Assembly (NCBI GenBank): GCA_963782915.1
Contig: CAWALK010000014.1
Span: 1-64,000, forward strand
From: an uncultured archaeon
Lineage (GTDB): Archaea > Thermoproteota > Bathyarchaeia > Bathyarchaeales > Bathycorpusculaceae
Length of the DNA stretch: 64,000 nucleotides
Reading direction: 5' to 3'
Of the stretch, positions 57,408 to 64,000 are shown piece after piece. The notes beneath the pieces are model-generated. The model was given only the letters and a program-made list of their open reading frames with translations, was not told the origin of the DNA and searched no databases. Made by a program: the position numbers and the translations under genes. Each line of letters opens with the position of its first letter. Within the stretch, counting starts at the first letter, position 1.

Positions 57408-58904
57408 TTAGGTTTGGGTGGTAGCCTCAAACTTTTTGTTATCTGATTTGCAGATGTCTCGGATGAGGTTGCGTCCCATCAAACAAACCGTGTTTAATCC
57501 GATAGTGCCGCCTGCCCACTGCCCAACCATATAGAAATTCTCTAATCCAGGCAGGGTTTTGCTTACGCCGTTCTTGGTAACTTCTTTTTGGAGCTCTTTT
57601 GGTGCACCCCATGCTTGACATCCTCGGAATGCCCCTGTCCAGTGCTGTACGGATATTGGTGTTACAACATCGGTGGCTTCAAGGTTCGTTTTGAATCCGG
57701 CGAATCGTTTCTCTAACTGTTCAGCGATTACATCTGCAACCCTCTGTTTTTCAGCACGGTATTGCTCTGGTTTGAGTGCTTTCCAATAATCATACTTTGA
57801 GTCAAGGACGACTTTGACTACCGTTTTGCCTTTCGGCGCTATTGTTGGGTCAAAATTAAAAACCTCAATATCCAACCTGTCCCTTGCAACATCTTCGATG
57901 GTTATGGGTTGGTCTAGGAAACGCACAATCGCATGCGGCTCGTTTGGGAGCTCCATGTTGATGCCGTACCATACTTCGAGGCCAAACGCTTGAGTTTTCC
58001 AATACGACTTGTAGTAGGCATCGATTTTTTGGTTTACATATTTTCCGTCTAGCATTTCAAAGATAGTGCTGTAACCGTCCGCCGCAGAAACCACTAAGTC
58101 AGCAAAATGTTCGGTACCATCTTCCAATTGGATGCCGACAGCTTTGTTGTCTTTTACGATTATCTTTTTCACTTTAGCCTTGTAGGTAACTTCGCCGCCC
58201 AACTCCAAATATCGCTTCTCGATGTTTTCCGATATTGCACTGGAGCCGCCTATAGGCCACCCTGCATCACCTTTGTCTTGCACTGACAAGAAAATAAGAG
58301 GGACCAGCGTTGGCGCTTCAGCGATATCGTATTGGATAGTTGGTAATGCCTTGCGTAGAAAAGGGTCGCTGAATTGTTCAGCGTAATCTTTGATGGTTAT
58401 TTTACCAAATTTCATTAATGCCCCCATGAGCGGTAGCATTTTGAGTTTAGTTAATGCCCCACCCGTCATGGCTTCCATTAAGTCTTTTCCACCGAATTTT
58501 TTGGCAGCGCCTACAAATTCTTCGATGAGTTTGCTGTCGGCTGGGGCGAGCTGCTTTAGGTGTGCCTCGAGTTTGTTTAGATCGGTATAGAGCCTGAGGA
58601 CTTTTCCATCTACATCTTCAACTTGCACAAATTCTTCGAAATGATATGCTTGGGTGTTTCTGAGTGCGCCGAGTTCCTTCCAAATCTGAGTGTAAATGTT
58701 TTTTATGGTGGGGTTGGTGGTGACGCCGAAGACATTATGGACAGCGTAATCAAAGATGTAGCCTTTACGCTTCCAGGAAACGCAAATGCCGCCGGGTTTT
58801 TGCTGCATTTCATAGATCTTGGTTTGGTAACCGTTCATTTGGGCATAGCAGCCTGTGGCTAAACCAGCAAGACCAGCTCCGATAACAATGATTGATTTGG
58901 GCAT
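57408..58904 (-). CDS. FAD-dependent oxidoreductase, phytoene desaturase-like family
   Basis: GAGLAGL, PGG..SWKRKGYIFD, PIGGS, FYMVGQW. Confidence 0.88.
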   Translation of the reverse strand: MPKSIIVIGAGLAGLATGCYAQMNGYQTKIYEMQQKPGGICVSWKRKGYIFDYAVHNVFGVTTNPTIKNIYTQIWKELGALRNTQAYHFEEFVQVEDVDGKVLRLYTDLNKLEAHLKQLAPADSKLIEEFVGAAKKFGGKDLMEAMTGGALTKLKMLPLMGALMKFGKITIKDYAEQFSDPFLRKALPTIQYDIAEAPTLVPLIFLSVQDKGDAGWPIGGSSAISENIEKRYLELGGEVTYKAKVKKIIVKDNKAVGIQLEDGTEHFADLVVSAADGYSTIFEMLDGKYVNQKIDAYYKSYWKTQAFGLEVWYGINMELPNEPHAIVRFLDQPITIEDVARDRLDIEVFNFDPTIAPKGKTVVKVVLDSKYDYWKALKPEQYRAEKQRVADVIAEQLEKRFAGFKTNLEATDVVTPISVQHWTGAFRGCQAWGAPKELQKEVTKNGVSKTLPGLENFYMVGQWAGGTIGLNTVCLMGRNLIRDICKSDNKKFEATTQT

Positions 58905-59079
58905 CTGAGTATGGCTCCAAGTGCTGTTTGGCTTAAGAATTATTATATCTTTTGCGTACGTGAAGTAGTGGCAACAGCGAAGCACTCACAATTCTTTAAG
59001 AATAGATCCGCGAGTGTTCATATGAATCAGAAATTATCCTAATTGCTTGCCCATATCAAGTATTTGTGAGGTGTCATTT

Positions 59080-59223
59080 GTGAAAGTTTTGCAAGAATGT
59101 ATCCAATTTGAAGAGCCACCTACTCCGTACCCTCCACAGCCAAACCCAGAACCCGAACCTGAACCTAATCCGGAACCGGAGCCGCAACCGTCTAAGCCTC
59201 AACCGGAACAAACCAGACTCTAA
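59080..59223 (+). CDS. 47-aa Pro/Glu-rich peptide
   Basis: GAGGTG then GTG. MKVLQECIQFEEPPTPYPPQPNPEPEPEPNPEPEPQPSKPQPEQTRL*. Synonymous variation across PE repeats. Confidence 0.55.
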   Translation: MKVLQECIQFEEPPTPYPPQPNPEPEPEPNPEPEPQPSKPQPEQTRL

Positions 59224-59271
59224 GCGGAATTTCTTTTCAGCCAATCTGCAGTAGAGGTTCGTTATTGAGCT

Positions 59272-59955
59272 GTGAATGCTAAGATAGTTGAGAATTCAGC
59301 GTACAGAGATCGAATATCCGTTTTTAGGGACAGGTTTGAAGCTGGCAAGATCTTAGCTAAAGAGCTCAAGGAGTATGCCGGTAATAAAGAAACGATTGTT
59401 TTGGCGGTTCCTGCCGGCGGAGTCCCAGTGGGTTGCATGATTGCACAAAAACTCGCTGCTCCAATGGATATAATAATTGTCAGAAAGGTCCAGATTCCCT
59501 GGAGCCCCGAAGCAGGTTTTGGCGCAGTAGCATGGGATGGCAAATTCATCTTAAACGAAGAGTTGGTTAAACAGTTACACCTAACACCTCAAGAAGTGGA
59601 GACTGCTCTTTTAGCGGCGAAGAAAAATGTTGAGGAGCGACTTAGAAAGTTCAGAGGAGACAAACCCTTGCCCCACTTAGCTGATAAAATTGTTGTTTTA
59701 GTTGATGACGGGTTAGCTTCCGGTTTTACCATGCTCGTAGCAGTTAATTCAGTGAAGGAGAAAGCCCCCAAGAAAATAGTCGTCGCTGTACCGACGGCTT
59801 CATTGGGCGCTATAGAGTTGCTTGTGCATGAAGTGGATGAGATTGTGTGCCCTAACATAAGAACCGGAGAGTCATTCGCCGTTGCGGAAGCTTATGAGAA
59901 CTGGTATGACTTGAGCGATGAAGAGGTTTTAGAGTTGATCGCAGAAAAACAGTAA
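59272..59955 (+). CDS. Phosphoribosyltransferase family protein
   Basis: FRDRFEAG, LAVPAGGVPV, VLVDDGLASGFT. Confidence 0.9.
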   Translation: MNAKIVENSAYRDRISVFRDRFEAGKILAKELKEYAGNKETIVLAVPAGGVPVGCMIAQKLAAPMDIIIVRKVQIPWSPEAGFGAVAWDGKFILNEELVKQLHLTPQEVETALLAAKKNVEERLRKFRGDKPLPHLADKIVVLVDDGLASGFTMLVAVNSVKEKAPKKIVVAVPTASLGAIELLVHEVDEIVCPNIRTGESFAVAEAYENWYDLSDEEVLELIAEKQ

Positions 59956-59959
59956 GCTG

Positions 59960-60502
59960 CTATGGCTTTTTATTCGCCTCTTTGGCGCTCAAAAGCTTTA
60001 TTGTTGCTTTACAAAACTCGGGCAAATCGTCAGGCGAGCGAGAAGTAACGAGGTTGCCGTCAACTACTGCTGCTTCATCAACAACTTTTGCACCTGCATT
60101 CCTCAAATCCGTTCTAACTGAGGGCCAACTTGTAGCGGTTTTCCCTCTGACAATGTCTGCTTCTATGAGCATTTGAGGTCCATGGCAAATGGCAGCGATT
60201 ACTTTGCCTTTGCTATTTGCTTGCTTTACTATTGTTACTAAGTTTGGATGGATGCGCATGCGATCAGGTGCTTGACCGCCGGGAATAATCACCGCATCAT
60301 AATCGTCTACATTAATTTCGTCGGGTGAGAACTCTGAGAAAAAGGGGCCGCCACGTTTGCCTATGTACTCAGTTTTAGCTTTTGGAGCGACGATGTCCAT
60401 TTTATAGCCCTCTTCTTGAAAACGGTAGTAAGGATAAATGAACTCTGAGTCTTCTACGCCTTTTTCTAACATGATGAGGATTTTCTTCATAAGGGTCACC
60501 AT
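59960..60502 (-). CDS. PfpI/DJ-1 family protein
   Basis: EDSE, IPGG, AAICHGP, VTSRSPDDL. Confidence 0.93.
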   Translation of the reverse strand: MVTLMKKILIMLEKGVEDSEFIYPYYRFQEEGYKMDIVAPKAKTEYIGKRGGPFFSEFSPDEINVDDYDAVIIPGGQAPDRMRIHPNLVTIVKQANSKGKVIAAICHGPQMLIEADIVRGKTATSWPSVRTDLRNAGAKVVDEAAVVDGNLVTSRSPDDLPEFCKATIKLLSAKEANKKP

Positions 60503-60638
60503 TACTCACAGTAATTGCTGAAAATTATGATATAAGAGATTGTTGGAGCGAACAGTGATACAACACTATAACCTGCGTTTTTGGATGTGATTTTAAAAAA
60601 ACGCGATGGATAGAGAAATGGTGCTCCACTGAGGATGC

Positions 60639-60878
60639 CTAAAACAGGAAATAGGTCTCTTGGCCTTTGTGTCTTTGATTGTATTTCTGAATAATTTGAG
60701 CACCAAATTCCTGGCTACAGGCAGATGCTTTACGGCAGGAATAACAGGATTGTGGTAGCAGAAGCGTCAGGGAGCCTTCTGATAAATAGTACCCGATTGT
60801 AAGCTTGCAGTTTTGTGATTCTACATTTGCAATACCAAATACGCCGTCCTGTGGTCTATAGTTGCTGACGAACTCCAA
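60639..60878 (-). CDS. Small Cys-motif protein
   Basis: 79-aa ORF with CYSCRKASAC. AGGTG upstream. Confidence 0.5.
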   Translation of the reverse strand: MEFVSNYRPQDGVFGIANVESQNCKLTIGYYLSEGSLTLLLPQSCYSCRKASACSQEFGAQIIQKYNQRHKGQETYFLF

Positions 60879-60954
60879 ACTTTAACACCTATACTCTTAA
60901 TTGCCCATTAACGGGCTGTTGACGCATAAAAAATCGCGTGACTGCCCCTATACA

Positions 60955-61134
60955 GCAACATTATTCTTTTGTTTTGTGTGGTTGTGGGTGGTGTAGGTTT
61001 TTACAAGTTTGGGTTGTGTTTTGGGTTGCTTTTTTGGTTTAGGGCTTTTTTTGTTGGTTGTTTGGTTGTGGGAGGCACTTATTTTTTGCCACAAGTATGT
61101 TGGTTTGGTTGTGTGTAGTTGTGGGTGTATGTTG
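60955..61134 (+). repeat. G/T-skewed element, family 2 (GTTGTG/CACAA motif)
   Basis: Collinear with 31663-31863: GTGTAGG, TTGGGTTGTG, TTTTTTGGTTT, GCACTT, TATGTTGG..GTATGTTG. Confidence 0.7.
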
Positions 61135-61293
61135 AATTCACTTATTTCCTGTATGCCCATTGAGAAGGTACCTGAAATAATCCTTGGGTCTCTTGGCAAA
61201 TCCCAAATTTAATTCGCTACCTCCTTCCGTTAACTAAAAGAAAAAAACGGTCTTTTTATTCTATGTTATCTACCTGTAAATGGTGGAGATTGA

Positions 61294-61746
61294 ATGGTTA
61301 AACTCAAAATCGGAGATAAAGCACCCGACTTCACCCTCAAATCAAGTACCGGCGAGACTGTTACTTTGTCAGGGTTTTATGGAAAAAAGAATGTGGTGCT
61401 TTTCTTCTATCCCCGAGATGAAGGACCAACCTGCGTCAAAGAAGCAGAAGCTTTCAGAGACAGCTATGATGGCTTCAGAGAAAAAGATGCAGAAGTTATC
61501 GGCATAAGCGGTCAAAGTGTGGAGTCACACAAGAGCTTTGTTGCTCATCGTAACTTGCCCTATATTCTATTGAGCGACGCTGACGGAAGTGTTCGGAAAT
61601 TGTATGGCGTTGCATCTACCTTGGGGGTTCCCGGAAGGGTAACTTTTGTTATCGACAAAAAAGGTACCGTGGTGCATATTTTTGTTTCGCAGCTTCAATT
61701 CACCAAACATGCCAAGGAAGCGTTGGGTGCATTAAAAAATTGTTGA
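61294..61746 (+). CDS. Peroxiredoxin, BCP/PrxQ type
   Basis: [24 protein letters not shown]. Confidence 0.9.
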   Translation: MVKLKIGDKAPDFTLKSSTGETVTLSGFYGKKNVVLFFYPRDEGPTCVKEAEAFRDSYDGFREKDAEVIGISGQSVESHKSFVAHRNLPYILLSDADGSVRKLYGVASTLGVPGRVTFVIDKKGTVVHIFVSQLQFTKHAKEALGALKNC

Positions 61747-61757
61747 TTTTTACGGGA

Positions 61758-62252
61758 TTATGGGGCAGCGGGTGCATCAACGTTTGTGGGTTTCGCCGAT
61801 TTTTTTGTTCGCCAAGTTAAGCCACTGTAGATTGTAATCGCCAAAAGGACCGCAAAAACCGCTGCTTTGATAACCGTGAAATCTATGACTGCAGAGTAGA
61901 GCGCGAACGCCGCCGGAAATGCCCCAATGAACAGAGTGAAGAATATGGCTGTGGGTAGTTTGTAGCTGTATTTGTAGTCTTTGAAGATGCGTCTGCCAAA
62001 GTACAATGCCGCTAACCGTCCCATGCCGTGCGTGCATTTTATGCAGTTGTAGCATGGACGCAGGCATCCGATGAAGTGCAGTACGCCATAAATTGCGATT
62101 AGCGCCACTATGAAAAATGCGATACCCACTGTTATGTCATATAGTAGAAAAGCGACTGTGTCAAGAACAATCCAGAGGAAAAGGGCAAGGTTACCGAATA
62201 TAACCAAGTTTTCGGGGAAGAAAATTGGTCGACCGTTTTTTGGTTCTGCCAT
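61758..62252 (-). CDS. Membrane protein with Cys cluster
   Basis: Four TM helices, CLRPCYNCIKCTHG. Confidence 0.7.
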   Translation of the reverse strand: MAEPKNGRPIFFPENLVIFGNLALFLWIVLDTVAFLLYDITVGIAFFIVALIAIYGVLHFIGCLRPCYNCIKCTHGMGRLAALYFGRRIFKDYKYSYKLPTAIFFTLFIGAFPAAFALYSAVIDFTVIKAAVFAVLLAITIYSGLTWRTKKSAKPTNVDAPAAP

Positions 62253-62358
62253 GCCAGCCTATTGCAGCGGATGGCATATAAGGTTTACAACACTTGTGTC
62301 ATTAGGCAGTGTGCATTAATACTTCATTAATTTTGGAATACCCCTTGAGGAGTTAGCA

Positions 62359-62943
62359 ATGGAACATCACATTGACCGTGTCAAATTCTTAATGTCCGAA
62401 GAAAGAAAGCAACAGCATAATCCGGAAACGATTCTAAATGAGGCAGGGGTAACGAAAGGAATGGTGATAGCAGACTTGGGTTCGGGACCCGGCTTCTTCA
62501 CTATACCATTGGCTCAGATGACGGGAGAAAAAGGCCTCGTATATGCAGTCGATAGCAACCAGACAATGCTAGATGGCTTAAAAGAAAACATTACCAAGTC
62601 AGAAGTGAACCCAAATATCATAAAAATGGTAAATAATGATGTCTGCCATACCGGAATTCCCAATGAATCCGTCGACCTTGTTTTTTTCGCTAACGTTCTT
62701 CACGAGGTAGAAGATAGGAAAGCTTTCTTCCAAGAGGTTAAGCGTATATCCAAACCAACAGCCTACATCGTTGATGTAGACTTCAAGAAAATACAAACAG
62801 AAAATGGACCGCCATTAAAAATGCGCCTCTCCGAAGCAGAGGCTTCCGGTGTTCTTGTAGAGAATGGTTTTTCGGTTATAAAACAAATTGATGTGGGCCC
62901 TTATCATTATGAGTTAGTTTGTAAGCCAACTGTTCGCTCCTAA
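62359..62943 (+). CDS. Class I SAM-dependent methyltransferase
   Basis: ADLGSGPGFF, YAVD, NVLHE, GPYHY. Confidence 0.9.
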   Translation: MEHHIDRVKFLMSEERKQQHNPETILNEAGVTKGMVIADLGSGPGFFTIPLAQMTGEKGLVYAVDSNQTMLDGLKENITKSEVNPNIIKMVNNDVCHTGIPNESVDLVFFANVLHEVEDRKAFFQEVKRISKPTAYIVDVDFKKIQTENGPPLKMRLSEAEASGVLVENGFSVIKQIDVGPYHYELVCKPTVRS

Positions 62944-63209
62944 AATCAACAAAGATTAACGATCAGCGGCTCCTCAGTTTCGGTCGGTGGAAGTAGTCGG
63001 CGCTATACCCCTACGACTACTATAACTGCGGATTATCGCTTGTTTGATGCATTTTAGCATAAATTTGTGTGCATTCGATTCTGCTCGCGACAGAAATATT
63101 TTCGAGAAAGCCATTTTTCGGAAACTCTTTTAAGGCTATAACTTCAATCAAAACCCTCACTGAAGAAGGAAAAAATCAGTGTTTTTGAAAAATAAGGTGA
63201 AAAATAGAA

Positions 63210-64000
63210 ATGCAATATACTTTTAAAACCAAAATAATCGCTATAATTATAATCGCGCTTTTAACAAGCTCAATCGGAACAATGGCATTAGCAAATGCAC
63301 ACACACCAGCATGGAACATCCCAACATATGCCTATGTTAGCGTTGCACCAAACCCCGCAGGACTAGGTCAACTCAGTCACCATAGGCATGTGGGTCCAAA
63401 TACCGCCGCCAACCGCTGCTGGAACAAACGGAGACAGATGGCACGGTTTCAAAGTTACAATCACAGACCCAGATGGCCAAAACAAAACCTTAGGGCCATT
63501 CACATCCGACGCAACAGGAGGAACATGGACATCTTTCACACCTGACAAACTGGGCAACTACTCGTTTGTTGTTACCTACCCAGGAGAAACAATGAAAGGC
63601 GAAAACAGAGCCGACCCAAGAAACGTATACATCGGCGACTACTTCATGCCATCCACCAGCCCAGTAGCATACTTAACAGTACAGCAGGATCCAATCCCAT
63701 TACTTCCAACCGCTCCACTACCAACAAGCTACTGGACAAGACCAATACAAGCAGGAAACTACCCATGGTACCAACTTAGCGGCAACTGGCTAGGACTCGG
63801 CGCTCACTCATTCGCAGCAACAGGAAGATACAACGCCACAGGAAACTACAACCCATACTCCAACGCGCCACTCGCAGCCCACATCATGTGGACAAAACCA
63901 GTCGCCTTCGGAGGTTTAATGGGCGGAGAATACGGCGGCAACGACATGAGCAACTTCTACTCAACCAGCCAGTATGAACCAAAATGGGCACCAATCATCA
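63210..64000 (+). CDS. Large secreted PQQ-like beta-propeller protein, N-terminal part (frameshifted, runs off window)
   Basis: Signal peptide, IPTYAYVSVAPNP.GLGQ, PLPTSYWTRPI, GNWLG and HIMWTKP..FGG motifs typical of this archaeal family. Confidence 0.75.

Noticed and set aside
62965-62990. CGAAA and CTGAGGA on the - strand as a hammerhead ribozyme core
   Set aside because: The motifs are directly adjacent, leaving no room for stems I/III and the cleavage site.

Overview
Archaeal chromosomal window, most consistent with Bathyarchaeia. Evidence: archaeal uS10, thiolase/DUF35/HMG-CoA synthase cluster, Mre11-Rad50, TackOD1-like protein, PEF-CTERM-like surface proteins and a PQQ-propeller secreted protein. 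Many conserved genes carry single-base indels, dense in 1-45 kb and sparser after 46 kb, which most likely reflect long-read assembly error. Core content: pncB, an ABC exporter, mre11-rad50, rps10, a complete pst/phoU phosphate locus with two pstS, ssb-uvrBAC, mntP and assorted metabolic genes. Most unusual items: (1) a family of non-coding G/T-skewed hairpin elements sharing a scaffold, each copy carrying a different concertedly substituted short motif; (2) a second ~300-bp dispersed intergenic repeat; (3) a thiolase lacking all canonical catalytic residues next to a DUF35-HMG-CoA synthase fusion; (4) a GH16 + processive GT2 + membrane-TackOD1 putative glucan module; (5) a shared 31-bp promoter element linking pstS to an unannotated Cys-rich microprotein. 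No rRNA, tRNA, CRISPR array or transposase was recognised.
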